Shown: one piece after another, positions 20,994 through 31,773 of the stretch
How positions within the stretch are numbered: position 1 is the stretch's first letter
Layout of the letters: every line of letters begins with the position of its first letter
From: Trueperaceae bacterium
GTDB taxonomy: Bacteria; Deinococcota; Deinococci; Deinococcales; Trueperaceae
DNA: 64,000 nucleotides
Direction of reading: 5' to 3'
Assembly (NCBI GenBank): GCA_965213705.1
Contig: OZ243913.1
Coordinates: forward strand, 640,001-704,000
Made by a program: the position numbers and the translations under genes
Notes under the pieces: generated by a model
What the model was told of the DNA's origin: nothing
What the model saw: only the letters and a program-made list of their open reading frames with translations
Database searches by the model: none

Positions 20994-23027
20994 CTATTTC
21001 AGCAAACGCCGCGCCGTCTTGGCGATGTTTTCGGCGGTAAAGCCGAACTTTTCCATCACCTCGTCGCCCTCGGCGGACGCGCCGAAGCGGTCCAACCCGA
21101 TGACGGCACCCTCCAAACCGACGTACTTGTACCAGCCCTGCGTCGCCCCGGCCTCGACCGCGACCCGCGCCGTGACGTGGTGCGGCAACACGCGCTCCTT
21201 GTACTCGGCATTCTGTTTTTCAAACAGCTCGAAGCTCGGCATACTCACCACTTTGGCCTTGACGCCGGAGGCGTCCAAGCGCTCTTTGGCTTCCAAGCAC
21301 TTGTACACTTCCGAACCCGTCCCAATGAGAATCACGTCGGGCGCGCCGTCGGCGTCGGCGACGATATAGGCGCCCTTTTCGACGCTGCCGGCGGGAACTT
21401 TCAGGACGGGTAGGTTCTGGCGACTGAACACTAGGGCGGTCGGCCCCTTGTCGTTTTTCAATGCAGCTACCCAGGCCTGCGCGGTCTCGTTGGCGTCGGC
21501 GGGGCGGATGAGGGTTAGGTTGGGAATCGCTCGCAGCGCCATGAGCGCGGCGACGGGTTGGTGCGTCGGGCCGTCGCCGCCGAGCCCGATGGAGTCGTGC
21601 GTGAACACGTACACGACCGGCGCGTCCATGAGCGCGCCCAAACGCAAACTCGGGCGTAAGTAGTCCGAGAAGATGAGAAAGGTGCCGATGAAGGGCCGCA
21701 GGCCGCCGTGCATCACCATCCCGTTCGCCGTCGCCGCCATCGCGTGCTCTCGCACCCCGTAGTAAAGGTTGCGCGCCCCGTAGTTGCCGCGTTGCACAAC
21801 GCCGCCGTCGTCGATGTCGGTCTTGGTCGAGCCGGACAGGTCGGCGGAGCCGCCTATCATTTCGGGGACGTGACGAGCAAGGGCGTTCAAAACCTTGTTG
21901 GAAGCGTTGCGGGTGGCGATTTCCTTGCCCTGTTCGAAGCTCGGCAGGTCGCTGGCAAAACCTTCCGGGAGTTTGAAGGCCTGGGTGCGCTCGAGTTCCG
22001 CCGCCAACTCCGGGAACGCTTTTTTGTAACCCTCGTAAAGCTCGTTCCACGCGCGCTCAGTTTGTTCGCCGCGCTCGACGACGCCTTGAAAGTGCTCCGT
22101 CACGTCGTCCGGCACGGTAAAGGCGGGCCAGTCTATGCCGAGGTTTTCCTTAGCCTTTTTCGCGCCCTCGTCGCCGAGCGGCGAGCCGTGGACTTCCGAG
22201 GTGTTCTCGTCGGGCGCGCCGTAGCCGATGATGGTCCGCACCGCGATGATACTTGGCCGGTCAGTGACGGTTTGCGCGTTCTTCACAGCCTTTTCTATGG
22301 CCTCGACGTTGTTGCCCATCTCGACCCGGTCGGTGTGCCAGCCGTAAGCCTCGTAGCGCTGCAACACGTCTTCGCTAAAAGACACCTCGGCGGCAGCGTC
22401 TAAGGTGATGCGGTTGTCGTCGTAAAGCACGATGAGTTTGCCCAAACCCAAGTGTCCGGCGAGCGAGCCCGCCTCCGCCGTCACGCCCTCCATGACGTCG
22501 CCGTCGGACGCGATGACGTAGGTATAGTGGTCGATGATTTTGTAGTCCGGGCGGTTGTAGGTGGCGGCCAGGTGTTCTTCGGCCAGCGCGAAGCCGACCG
22601 CCGTGGCGAGGCCCTGCCCCAGCGGCCCCGTCGTCATTTCGATGCCGGGCGTGAGGTGAACCTCGGGGTGGCCGGGCGTTTTGCTCTCCCACTGGCGGTA
22701 GTTCTCTAGCTCCTTCATCGGCATGTCGTAGCCGGTTAAGTGCAGCAAGCTGTACTGGAGCATCGAGCCGTGGCCCGCCGACTGGATGTAGCGGTCGCGG
22801 TCCCACCAGGCATGGTTTTTGGGGTTGTGCTTCATGACGCGCGCGTAGAGGACGTAGCCCATCTCCGCCGCCCCCAGCGGCATTCCGGGGTGGCCCGAGC
22901 CCGCAGCTTGCGTCGCGTCGATGGTGAGCGCGCGAATCGTGTTGACCGCGCGGGTGACGGTTGCCGGGGTGTTCGCTTGGCCCTTGGTGTCGGGCAGGGT
23001 GTCCGCCTTGGTTTGAACGTCTGCCAT
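20994..23027 (-). CDS. tkt: Transketolase
   Basis: [29 protein letters not shown] motif, [26 protein letters not shown]. Confidence 0.96.
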   Translation of the reverse strand: MADVQTKADTLPDTKGQANTPATVTRAVNTIRALTIDATQAAGSGHPGMPLGAAEMGYVLYARVMKHNPKNHAWWDRDRYIQSAGHGSMLQYSLLHLTGYDMPMKELENYRQWESKTPGHPEVHLTPGIEMTTGPLGQGLATAVGFALAEEHLAATYNRPDYKIIDHYTYVIASDGDVMEGVTAEAGSLAGHLGLGKLIVLYDDNRITLDAAAEVSFSEDVLQRYEAYGWHTDRVEMGNNVEAIEKAVKNAQTVTDRPSIIAVRTIIGYGAPDENTSEVHGSPLGDEGAKKAKENLGIDWPAFTVPDDVTEHFQGVVERGEQTERAWNELYEGYKKAFPELAAELERTQAFKLPEGFASDLPSFEQGKEIATRNASNKVLNALARHVPEMIGGSADLSGSTKTDIDDGGVVQRGNYGARNLYYGVREHAMAATANGMVMHGGLRPFIGTFLIFSDYLRPSLRLGALMDAPVVYVFTHDSIGLGGDGPTHQPVAALMALRAIPNLTLIRPADANETAQAWVAALKNDKGPTALVFSRQNLPVLKVPAGSVEKGAYIVADADGAPDVILIGTGSEVYKCLEAKERLDASGVKAKVVSMPSFELFEKQNAEYKERVLPHHVTARVAVEAGATQGWYKYVGLEGAVIGLDRFGASAEGDEVMEKFGFTAENIAKTARRLLK

Positions 23028-23103
23028 AAGTCCTCCCTCGTCTCTGCCAGTATTGTGACACGCCGCCACTCTCAAAGATGCTTGCCCACACCGCTATCAA
23101 AAC

Positions 23104-23871
23104 CTAAGTCTTTTTCGCCACGAGCAGCACCGTCCGGTAAAGGCGCGTGACCAAACCGCCAAAAGCGTCTATGGTTTCAGCTATTTCTTCGTTGAAACTT
23201 TCTCGCACTCGTGGGGCCAGCGCAACGTGCGGCGAAAAGGTACTGAGCAGCTTGATGAAATCCGCTTTGCTGTAGCTTTGTTCCCACTCGAGCTTGTACA
23301 CCGCCGGTTCGCTGAACAGCGGGCTCGCGACGAGCGCCGCACGGTACGTTTCGAACGACGACGGCGGCTTGGGGCGCTCGGGGTCGTCGGGCAGGTACTT
23401 TTCGAAAAGGGGCGTGGTCGCTTTGTAAAACGCCGTGTCCTGCGACCGGTCAAGCTGCCACAGCAGGGCGAGGCTGCCCCCTTCCTTGAGCACCGCCGCA
23501 CACTTGGCGAGGCCGTATTCGACCCGTATCCAGTGAAACGCCTGCGCCGAGACGACCAGGTCGAAAGCGGTTTCTTCCGTTTGCCAGTCCTCGAAAGCAG
23601 TGGTTAGAATGGTCGCCTTTGGAAAGTTGCTAAGGTTCCGCCGCGCTACGGCGGCGAGGTTGGGGCCAAGCTCGAGGCCCAACAACTCAAACCCCCGCTC
23701 CGCCAGGGGCCGGGTGAGTTGCCCGGTGCCGGGGCCGACTTCCAAAATGCGTCCGCCCTCGGGCAAACGGGCAAGCTCGAGCAGCGCGTCGAGCACGGCG
23801 GCCGGGTAGCTGGGGCGCACCTCGTCGTACAACTCGGCAACCTCGTCAAAGGTGGCGCGGTAGTCGGTCAC
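23104..23871 (-). CDS. Class I SAM-dependent methyltransferase
   Basis: LEVGPGTG, FDLVVSAQAFHW. Confidence 0.88.
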   Translation of the reverse strand: MTDYRATFDEVAELYDEVRPSYPAAVLDALLELARLPEGGRILEVGPGTGQLTRPLAERGFELLGLELGPNLAAVARRNLSNFPKATILTTAFEDWQTEETAFDLVVSAQAFHWIRVEYGLAKCAAVLKEGGSLALLWQLDRSQDTAFYKATTPLFEKYLPDDPERPKPPSSFETYRAALVASPLFSEPAVYKLEWEQSYSKADFIKLLSTFSPHVALAPRVRESFNEEIAETIDAFGGLVTRLYRTVLLVAKKT

Positions 23872-24347
23872 GACGGCGCGTAGGCTTTTTGCCGGCGGCG
23901 CAGCAACATCGCTTCGCGCACGGCCTGGGCGACCTCGAAGTGGTGCTGTTCCAACGGCGTGTCGACCGCGAGCGCGGGCACCGGCGTCGGCTTGCCGTCC
24001 GCGCCGATGGCGACGAAGTTGAGGTGGCCGATGGTGCAGAGCCGCCGCTCACCCGAAAGCGGGTTTTCGCCGTGAACCTCGCAGCGGACAATCATGCTCG
24101 TCTTGCCGGTCCAGGCGACGCGGCTTTTGAGTTCGACAATCTCGCCCACGTAAATCGGATTGCGAAAGTCGACCGGCTCGGTCGAGGCGGTCACGACCGC
24201 GTGCCGGCAGAACCTCTGGCAAGCAATCGAGGCGTTGATGTCCATGAGTTCCAGCACCCGCCCCCCGAAGAGCGTCCCGAGCGGGTTGGCGTGGTTGGGG
24301 AAAACGATGTCGAGGGTGACGGCCCAGTCGGTAGCGGCTGCCGGCAT
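23868..24347 (-). CDS. Acyl-CoA thioesterase (YciA-like hotdog fold)
   Basis: HANPLGTLFGG, VVTAS, GKTSM, GKPTPVP. Confidence 0.9.
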   Translation of the reverse strand: MPAAATDWAVTLDIVFPNHANPLGTLFGGRVLELMDINASIACQRFCRHAVVTASTEPVDFRNPIYVGEIVELKSRVAWTGKTSMIVRCEVHGENPLSGERRLCTIGHLNFVAIGADGKPTPVPALAVDTPLEQHHFEVAQAVREAMLLRRRQKAYAPS

Positions 24348-24549
24348 GGGCGTCAGAGGCCCGCGCCCACGCGGAGGTCGGCGACGCGGCCGAACAGGTC
24401 GGGCGGGTTTGTCTCGAAGCTCGAGTACGGCATAAAGCCAAGTTTAACCCTGCCGAGCCAGCGCCTTTGGGCGGCGTCCAAACATGTCGAAAATTCCCCA
24501 ACCCTCGAGCCTGCGGTTTTCTAAACTCACAGGATACTTTTTCTGGAGG

Positions 24550-26637
24550 ATGACCAATAACGTGACGCGCAAACTCGATTCCCGCTTCTTTTTGTGTGCC
24601 TTGGTGCTGTCCTTGACAGCTTTGCTAGGTGCCTGCGGCCAGTCCCAAAAGCCGGACGCCGCGGCCGGACCCGAACTGCTCGTGTTGCTGGGCGACCAGA
24701 CCCGCACGGTCACCGGCGACAGCGTCGTCGTGGTGGGCGCGGTGGGCGACGCGAACCTCAAAAGCCTCGGCTACAGCTTGAATGGGGGCGAGGTTCAAGA
24801 CGCCCTGAACGCCCTGAACGAGAAGAGTTTTCGGCTTACCGTGACCGGCTTGAAGTTGGGCGAAAACACCGTCGTGGTGACGGTTGCCGACAAGACCGGG
24901 GCCACGGCGAGCGCGTCGCTTGCAGTCGAGGTGACGTCTGCAAACCCCAACTTCCCGAAGCTCGAGGGCTCCTGGTCCGACGCCGCGGTGACGACGAGCC
25001 TGTGCGGCCAAACCGACGCCGTGACGGTGACGCTGTCGTTCGACGCGTCCAGGGCCGACGGGCTCGTGGTCGGTTTGTGGCAGGTGGTGAGCAGCGGCTA
25101 CGGCGGCCAGAGCGCGGGCTCGTTCGCGGGCACCGTGACTGCGGCGGGCAAGTTGACGGGTGTGGCGACGCTCGTTTTGGGTCAACAACCGGCCCGTTAC
25201 AACTTCGACTTCAGCGTCAGCGCCGAAAAGATTGCGGGCACCCTGACGTCCCAAGAAAACCTCGGCTGTGACAACGGCCAGCGCCAAAGCTCGAGCCTGA
25301 CGGTCACGCTCGTCCCACTCCAAGACGACGCCTTCGAACCGAACGATACGCCCGAAAAAGCGACCCAGGTCGGGTTGGACTTTGCGGCGACGCTTGAGTT
25401 GTTGGGCGGTGACGCGGACTGGTTTACCTTTACGCTGAGCGAAGCCAAACTCATGACCTTTGCGCTCAGCGGTTCGGCCAATCCCTACGCCCCGCTCGAC
25501 CTGCGCCTGCTGGACGCGTCTCTGTCGGTTCTTTTCAACACCGCGTCGTACGACGCGACCGCGTTGCAAACGGGGCTGACGGCGGGTACTTACTACGTCT
25601 CCGTGACCTCCGGGTCTTTGGCTCACCAAAGCTACAGCCTGAAGTTTACAAACGCAGCCTTGCCGGACGCTTCCTCCGAACCGAACGACACCTCGGCGCA
25701 GGCCGGCAAAGTAACCTTGCCGTTCTCGGGTGACTTTTACCTGACGCCTGGGGACGAGGACTGGTTCACCTTTACCTTGAACAAAACCCAACTCGTCACC
25801 TTGTACTTGGGCGACAATTCTTACAACCTCGAGTACGAGTTTTTGAAGGGTAACTTGACGAGCGTGAGCAGCGGCTACTACTACGGCGGCGCTGTGACCC
25901 GGTCGCTCGGGGCGGGCAGCTACTTTTTACGGGTGCGCTCACCTTTCGGTCAAACCCAAGCCTACCCCCTGACCTTGAGCACCGCGCCGCTGCCCGACGC
26001 GGAGTTTGAACCCAACGACACCTTCAACACCCCGAGCAAGGTAAGTTTGCCCTTCTCCGGCGACTTTTTTATCGACCCGCGAGACGAGGACTGGTTTGAA
26101 TTCACCTTGGGCAGCGAACAGCTCGTCACTTTCAGGACTATCGACCAGGTGAATTTACAAGCCACGCTTTTCAAGAGCAGCGGTGCCGACCCGCAAGACT
26201 TCTACCTCGGCGCAAACGGCGCGCTCGCCCTGTTGGGGGCGGGTACTTACCGGCTCAAGCTGTTCGCCGGCGAAGCTTTCGCCTACTCGCTCGCCATCAC
26301 CAAAGAAACGTCTGCGGACAAAACCTTTGAGCCCAACGACACGCGCGCCACGGCTACGCCCGTCACCCTGAACTTTGCCAAAACAAAGTTGCTTACAAGC
26401 TACCAGGACCCGGACTGGTTTACCTTTACCCTGAGCCAGGGCAAGGAGGTCGCGTTCGACCTGAGCACCGCGTCGGGCAACGCCTGGGGGTCGCTCTACA
26501 AAGGAACCGACGAGTCCTACCTGGACAACGTCTACCCCAACAGTCCCCGCTCCTACGTGCTGACGGCGGGAACTTACTACCTCAACGTGTACGGCGACAC
26601 TCTCACCAAGTACGACCTCACGATAAACGCGCCCTAA
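24550..26637 (+). CDS. Surface lipoprotein with four tandem PPC (pre-peptidase C-terminal)-like repeats
   Basis: Lipobox LLGAC; four D-x-x-(F/S)EPNDT...D-x-DWF-x-FTL units; start position uncertain (24550 or 24562). Confidence 0.75.
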   Translation: MTNNVTRKLDSRFFLCALVLSLTALLGACGQSQKPDAAAGPELLVLLGDQTRTVTGDSVVVVGAVGDANLKSLGYSLNGGEVQDALNALNEKSFRLTVTGLKLGENTVVVTVADKTGATASASLAVEVTSANPNFPKLEGSWSDAAVTTSLCGQTDAVTVTLSFDASRADGLVVGLWQVVSSGYGGQSAGSFAGTVTAAGKLTGVATLVLGQQPARYNFDFSVSAEKIAGTLTSQENLGCDNGQRQSSSLTVTLVPLQDDAFEPNDTPEKATQVGLDFAATLELLGGDADWFTFTLSEAKLMTFALSGSANPYAPLDLRLLDASLSVLFNTASYDATALQTGLTAGTYYVSVTSGSLAHQSYSLKFTNAALPDASSEPNDTSAQAGKVTLPFSGDFYLTPGDEDWFTFTLNKTQLVTLYLGDNSYNLEYEFLKGNLTSVSSGYYYGGAVTRSLGAGSYFLRVRSPFGQTQAYPLTLSTAPLPDAEFEPNDTFNTPSKVSLPFSGDFFIDPRDEDWFEFTLGSEQLVTFRTIDQVNLQATLFKSSGADPQDFYLGANGALALLGAGTYRLKLFAGEAFAYSLAITKETSADKTFEPNDTRATATPVTLNFAKTKLLTSYQDPDWFTFTLSQGKEVAFDLSTASGNAWGSLYKGTDESYLDNVYPNSPRSYVLTAGTYYLNVYGDTLTKYDLTINAP

Positions 26638-26775
26638 ACTCAACCCGGATGGTTTACGAAAGACGCCGCGCGGCGTCGTGGCTGAACCGAGTCGAGCAAA
26701 GCGAGCTTGGGAGCGCCGGCACGACGCCCCCGACGGGTTGGGTATACTGGGTCTCGCAACTTTTCGGGAGGACAC

Positions 26776-27360
26776 ATGACGAGACCGTTACACACGCCTT
26801 TGGCCCACCGCCTGCTGCCCGGAGTCAGCCCGGTGCTCCGGGCCCTTTTGCAAATTGTCGGCGGCGTCGCGCTGCTTGCGCTGCTCGCACAAGTCCGCGT
26901 CCAAGTCGGGCCGGTGCCCCTGACCGGACAGACTTTGGGCGTGCTGCTGGTCGGGGCGGCTTACGGTACCCGCCTCGGCACGACGACCCTGGCAACCTAC
27001 CTTCTGGTGGGCGCTTTGGGTTTGCCCGTTTTTCAGGGTGCCGCGTCGGGTTGGGCTTACATGTTGGGCGGCACGGGCGGTTACCTGCTCGGCTTTGTGC
27101 TGGCTGCCGCGCTGGTAGGGTACCTGGCTGAACGCGGTTGGGACCGGCAGTTCGGGCTTGCAGCGCTCGCCATGCTGCTGGGCAACGTGCTCATCTACGT
27201 GCCCGGCCTGTTGTGGTTGAGCCGTTTCGCACCCGACTGGGCGACGACGCTGCAGTGGGGCCTGACCCCTTTCGTCGTGGGCGACCTGCTCAAGCTCGTC
27301 ATTGCCGCAGGTCTGCTGCCAACGGCCTGGAAACTGTTGGGAAGCGAAAAGGGTCGCTAA
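26776..27360 (+). CDS. bioY: Biotin transporter BioY
   Basis: PVPLTGQTLGVLL, GLPVF, TGGYLLGF, PFVVGDLLK. Confidence 0.93.
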   Translation: MTRPLHTPLAHRLLPGVSPVLRALLQIVGGVALLALLAQVRVQVGPVPLTGQTLGVLLVGAAYGTRLGTTTLATYLLVGALGLPVFQGAASGWAYMLGGTGGYLLGFVLAAALVGYLAERGWDRQFGLAALAMLLGNVLIYVPGLLWLSRFAPDWATTLQWGLTPFVVGDLLKLVIAAGLLPTAWKLLGSEKGR

Positions 27361-27376
27361 ACCGAGCACCCATTTT

Positions 27377-27422
27377 TACCAAAAAGGCCGACGTTTGGTA
27401 CCAAATGTCGGCCTTTTTGGTA
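27377..27422. terminator. Bidirectional intrinsic terminator
   Basis: CCAAAAAGGCCGACGTTTGG-TA-CCAAATGTCGGCCTTTTTGG between convergent genes. Confidence 0.8.
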
Positions 27423-27433
27423 CAGCTCAACTT

Positions 27434-28474
27434 TTAGGCTTTGGCGACGACTTGGTTACCGCCGACCGTCTGAGCGCGCTCGAGCCCTTCGTCGGCCATG
27501 CGGACGAGTTCTTCGGGATTGTGCAAAAAGTGCTGAGGGTTTAAGGGCTCGTGGGAAGCCACGCCGACGCTCAGACTGAGTTTGCGCCCCGCGCCCGCCG
27601 GGTGGGGCAGGTCCAACGCGGCGACTTCGCCGACCAAACGTTCGGCGATGGCCGCCGCACCCAGGTGGTCGGTGTCGGGCAGGAGAATGGCGAAGCGGCC
27701 TTTCTCGAGTCGCGCGACAAGGTCTGTCGAGCGGTAAAGGGCCTTGTCGAGCACGCGCGCCACGGTAACAAGCGCGTCGCGGTCGCGTTGCGGGCCGATG
27801 CGGTTGTCGTGCGGTTGAAAGGCGTCGATGCTTAAGCGAAGCAGCGACAGCGGAAACACCTCGGCCTGGGCGCGCCGAAACTCGCGGCGCAGCATGTGGT
27901 CGAAGTGCTGCTGCGAGGCGAGGTTGGTCAGCGGGTCGGTCAAGGCGAAACGCACCATCGTGCGGTGGTGTTCGTCCAAACGGCGACCGAGTTCGAACTG
28001 CGTCACGGCCAAGCCGACAAACGAGGCCAGCAGGGTCATGGCTTCCACCTCGCCCTGCGAGTAAAGGCGGCTCGCCGCGTTGCGCACGCTCAGCGCGCCG
28101 CGCACGGCGCCGTCGGTCGTCACCGGCACGCCCAGAAAAGCCCCGCAGCCGTCGTCGGGAAAAACGAGCGCAAGTTCCACGTCGCGGTTGTCCAGGTCGG
28201 GTACGACCAAGGCCGCGTCGTGCTCAACAAGCCAGCGGCTGGCCGCGTCGTCGTCTTGCAGCGTGTGTACCGTGTCGCTGCCCCGAACCAGCCTGCGCTG
28301 CAGCGCGTCCTCCAGCACGAGGCAAGCGCGGTCGCTGCGGGTCCACGCCGCCGCCAGGGCGGTCAGGCGCTTAAAAAAGTTGGCGGGCTGGGCACCGTTC
28401 ACGTCACGGCAGAGCGTGCTCAGTTCGTTGAAAAAGGCCGCTTTGTCGGTCGGGGTCAGGGCTGAGTCGGTCAT
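27434..28474 (-). CDS. GAF + degenerate GGDEF domain protein
   Basis: GAF segment (FLGVPV..GALSV), TDPLTNL, LSLSVGVA; active-site position reads RLEKGRF. Confidence 0.85.
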   Translation of the reverse strand: MTDSALTPTDKAAFFNELSTLCRDVNGAQPANFFKRLTALAAAWTRSDRACLVLEDALQRRLVRGSDTVHTLQDDDAASRWLVEHDAALVVPDLDNRDVELALVFPDDGCGAFLGVPVTTDGAVRGALSVRNAASRLYSQGEVEAMTLLASFVGLAVTQFELGRRLDEHHRTMVRFALTDPLTNLASQQHFDHMLRREFRRAQAEVFPLSLLRLSIDAFQPHDNRIGPQRDRDALVTVARVLDKALYRSTDLVARLEKGRFAILLPDTDHLGAAAIAERLVGEVAALDLPHPAGAGRKLSLSVGVASHEPLNPQHFLHNPEELVRMADEGLERAQTVGGNQVVAKA

Positions 28475-28522
28475 ACCTTTTACAGTAGCGCGTCAGGCAG
28501 AAGAACGGAGTTAAATTGTTCC

Positions 28523-28558
28523 AAAAAAACACCTCTCGAGTCCTAGACTCGAGAGGTG
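28523..28558 (-). terminator. Intrinsic terminator of a minus-strand small transcript
   Basis: 11 bp perfect stem CACCTCTCGAG/CTCGAGAGGTG followed by a T run on the minus strand. Confidence 0.8.
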
Positions 28559-28690
28559 CGGATACCCGCCTGGTACTGAGGGGAACGTGGTCCCTGCCTC
28601 AGCGGAGGCGTACCTTAGTTACCCTCGACGGGTACCTCCACTGGCCTTTAAATGTTTACTAATTAGGACCACCTCCTTTCTGTGGTAAGA
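28523..28690 (-). ncRNA. Candidate structured small RNA or small-peptide mRNA
   Basis: TAAACT -10 at 28694-28699, GAAAGGAGGTG, nested stems, own terminator; no family recognised. Confidence 0.45.
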
Positions 28691-28958
28691 AACAGTTTAC
28701 ACCAAAAAACGTTTTTTTGCATGTATATCCGCTTACGTTTTGGGCCTATATTTTGGACCTACGTTTTGGACAGGAGGGTTGCAGCTTCCCAACTGGCCGC
28801 CCCGCGCCTTGTAGGTTCGGTGTAACGAAAAACGTTTACACGAACTGGTGCGTCTTTCGACCCTGGGGTACACTGGGAGTAGACTCCGAGGTAGCGGCTG
28901 TGCAGCGCGGAGACGCGTGACAACCTGTTTTCGGATACCAGTTTGTGTGGAGGCTCGA

Positions 28959-31049
28959 GTGCTCACGCTTGCAGAAAAACTTGTCTTTGTGGTGTTCGCG
29001 GCGGTGTGCTTTTACTACGCCTACACCGGTTTTAGAAAAGTCGTGCTGGCGGTGATGCGGGGCGGCGGGAGTTATTACCCCCGCTTCGACCACTTGCCGA
29101 GGCGTTTCGGCGAGGCGATCACCAGGACCGTCTCACAAGTGACCGTGTTCCGCGACCGGCCCGTCGTGAGCTTTTTTCACAGTTTTATCTTTTACGGGTT
29201 TATCTACTACTTGGTGGTCAACGTGCTCGACGGCCTCCGCGGAATGGTGCCGCCCGGTTTGTGGGAAGGCACCGAGTTCGGAGCGTTGGGCGGCCTGTTC
29301 CGTTTGGCGACGGATGTTTTGTCGGTGCTCATCCTGGTCGGCGTGGTGTTCTTTTTGGTGCGGCGCTTTTTGGCTCGTGACCCCCGCTTGGACCAGAACG
29401 AGAAAACGGTGCTCCACGAAAAAGTGAAACTCGGCAGCATCAAGCGCGACAGCCTTATCGTCGGGACGTTTATCCTGCTGCATGTGGGGTTTCGCCTGGT
29501 CGGCGAGGGCTTTTTGTTAGCGAGCGAGTACCAGCGCGACCCGTGGCAGCCGTTCGCCTCGGCGCTGGCGTCTAGCATTGGCTACGGCGACGGGCGGGTG
29601 GTCGGTTGGCACGTCGGCTGGTGGGGAGCCATCGGGCTCATCTTGCTGTTTTTGCCTTACTTCCCCCGCAGCAAGCACCTGCACCTGTTCGCGGCCACCT
29701 TTAACTTCGCTTTTGAGCGGCGGTTTGAAGACGGCAGCAAAGTGTCGACCGGCGCGCTGGCGCCCATCGACTTCGAGGACGAGTCTATAGAGCAGTACGG
29801 GGTAGCGAAGTTAGAGCAACTGCGCCAGCCGCAACTCCTAGACCCTTACGCCTGCATCCAGTGCAACCGCTGCAGCAACGTTTGTCCGGCCAACGCGACC
29901 GGCAAAGCGCTGTCCCCGGCGGCCCTGGAAATCAACAAGCGCTACGAACTCAACTCAATCCTGCCCGAGTTTGCGGCGGGCGCAGAAAGTCCGCGCGAAC
30001 TGACCGAGTTCGCCCTCAGCACCGAGGCGCTGTGGGCCTGCACGGCTTGTGGGGCCTGCATCGAAATCTGCCCGGTCGGCTGCGAGCAGATGATTGACAT
30101 CATTGACATCCGCCGCGACCAGGTGATGATGAAAGGCGAGTTTCCGAGTGAACTCAACGCGGCTTTTCGCGGCATGGAGCGCACCGGCAACCCCTGGGGC
30201 ATCTCGCAGGACAAGCGCTTGGAGTGGGCTGAAGGTTTGGACGTGCCCACGGTTCAAGACACCCCCGATTTCGAGGTACTGTTCTGGGTCGGTTGCGCGG
30301 GGAGTTACGACCCGGCGGCGCAAGCTACGACGCGGGCGTTTGTTCGGATTCTCGAGCACGCCAACATCAACTACGCGGTTCTCGGCAAGGCCGAAAAGTG
30401 TACCGGCGACCCCGCCCGGCGTGCGGGCAACGAGTACCTGTACTACGGCCTCGCTGCTGAGAACGTCGAAACCCTGAACGCGGCCCTCATCAGCGACTTA
30501 GACCCCGCCAAGAAAAAGCGTGTCGTCACGACTTGCCCCCACTGCTTCAACGCGCTGTTTAACGACTACCCGCAGCTCGGCGGCGACTACGACGTGGTTC
30601 ACCACACGCAGTTTATCGACATGTTGCAAAAAGCGGGCAAGCTGCCGCCGCTTAACGCCTCCCAAAAGCTCACCTACCACGACCCTTGTTACTTGGGCCG
30701 TCACAACGGCGTCTACGACGCGCCGCGCGACATCCTCAACAGCGGCGCGGGCACCGTCACCGAGATGCCCCGCAACCGCAACAACGCCTTTTGCTGCGGC
30801 GCGGGCGGGGCGCAGTTCTGGAAAGAGGAAGAACCCGGCACCATGCGCGTGTCCGAAAACCGCTTCCGCGAGGCGGTTTCCACCGGCGCGGCGGTCGTCG
30901 CCACCGGCTGCCCCTTCTGCCGCGTGATGCTTCAAAGCAGCGACAGCGCCGAGGCTGAGGGCGCACCCGAAGTGCACGACGTGGCCCAGCTCGTCGCCCA
31001 GAACCTGGAACGGATTCAGGCGAAGTTGGCCGCCGAACATCAAGCGTAA
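28959..31049 (+). CDS. Membrane-anchored Fe-S oxidoreductase (FadF/heterodisulfide reductase-like)
   Basis: N-terminal TM region, CIQCNRCSNVCP and CTACGACIEICP, two cysteine-rich CCG-type domains (YHDPC, CCGAGG). Confidence 0.88.
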   Translation: MLTLAEKLVFVVFAAVCFYYAYTGFRKVVLAVMRGGGSYYPRFDHLPRRFGEAITRTVSQVTVFRDRPVVSFFHSFIFYGFIYYLVVNVLDGLRGMVPPGLWEGTEFGALGGLFRLATDVLSVLILVGVVFFLVRRFLARDPRLDQNEKTVLHEKVKLGSIKRDSLIVGTFILLHVGFRLVGEGFLLASEYQRDPWQPFASALASSIGYGDGRVVGWHVGWWGAIGLILLFLPYFPRSKHLHLFAATFNFAFERRFEDGSKVSTGALAPIDFEDESIEQYGVAKLEQLRQPQLLDPYACIQCNRCSNVCPANATGKALSPAALEINKRYELNSILPEFAAGAESPRELTEFALSTEALWACTACGACIEICPVGCEQMIDIIDIRRDQVMMKGEFPSELNAAFRGMERTGNPWGISQDKRLEWAEGLDVPTVQDTPDFEVLFWVGCAGSYDPAAQATTRAFVRILEHANINYAVLGKAEKCTGDPARRAGNEYLYYGLAAENVETLNAALISDLDPAKKKRVVTTCPHCFNALFNDYPQLGGDYDVVHHTQFIDMLQKAGKLPPLNASQKLTYHDPCYLGRHNGVYDAPRDILNSGAGTVTEMPRNRNNAFCCGAGGAQFWKEEEPGTMRVSENRFREAVSTGAAVVATGCPFCRVMLQSSDSAEAEGAPEVHDVAQLVAQNLERIQAKLAAEHQA

Positions 31050-31185
31050 AGAGCGTCTTGCTTCCTCAACAAGGGGAACTTGCTTCTGCGGCTACCTCTA
31101 TAGCGAGTGTGCAGAAGCAAATCCCCCAACCCCCTTGTTAAGGGGGCTTCAACGCTGGGTTAGGCTTGGTTCTCGCCAGGTCAAA

Positions 31186-31746
31186 TCAAACGTCGCTGGG
31201 CGGTTGCTGCCAGTTCGTCGTTTTCGCCCACAGGTGCCCGCCCGCCATCAGCACGTCGAACACGGGGTCTTTGATGTCGTAATACCCCTCGACATCATCG
31301 GGAAAATAGCGGGCTAGTTGGCGCTTGACTTCGGCGTAGGCGTTCGCCGCCATCGGATGCGCGCGCAAGTAGTCGCGGCAAACGAGGGCGTAGCGCTGGT
31401 TGAAACGGCCCAGAACGCGAACATGAACGTGCAGGTGCGGCGACTCGCTCGAGAAGTAACGCTTTTCGAGCTGTTCCGGCGCTAGGTTCATTCCCGGCGG
31501 GCCGTGGTCGCGGTCGTAGGTTCGAAACGTCAAGCCTAAATCCTCAAAAGCTGCGCGAAACGGCAAACTGAAGTCCGCAACCGTCAGCTGAACGTCGATA
31601 ATGTCTTTGGCCGCCAAACCCGGCACGCTGGTCGAGCCGATGTGGTGAATCGCCAGCGCGTTGTCTCCCGCCGCTTCGCGCAAACGTGCGCCGAACGTGG
31701 CAAAGTGCTCAGGCCAACCTTCTTGATAAGGAACAATTTCAATCAC
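31186..31746 (-). CDS. GrpB family protein
   Basis: IHHIGSTSVPGLAAKDIIDVQ, RDYLRAHP, Y..VKR.LA. Confidence 0.9.
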   Translation of the reverse strand: MIEIVPYQEGWPEHFATFGARLREAAGDNALAIHHIGSTSVPGLAAKDIIDVQLTVADFSLPFRAAFEDLGLTFRTYDRDHGPPGMNLAPEQLEKRYFSSESPHLHVHVRVLGRFNQRYALVCRDYLRAHPMAANAYAEVKRQLARYFPDDVEGYYDIKDPVFDVLMAGGHLWAKTTNWQQPPSDV

Positions 31747-31773
31747 TTGAACGAGCTTAACAAGTCTCGAGCC

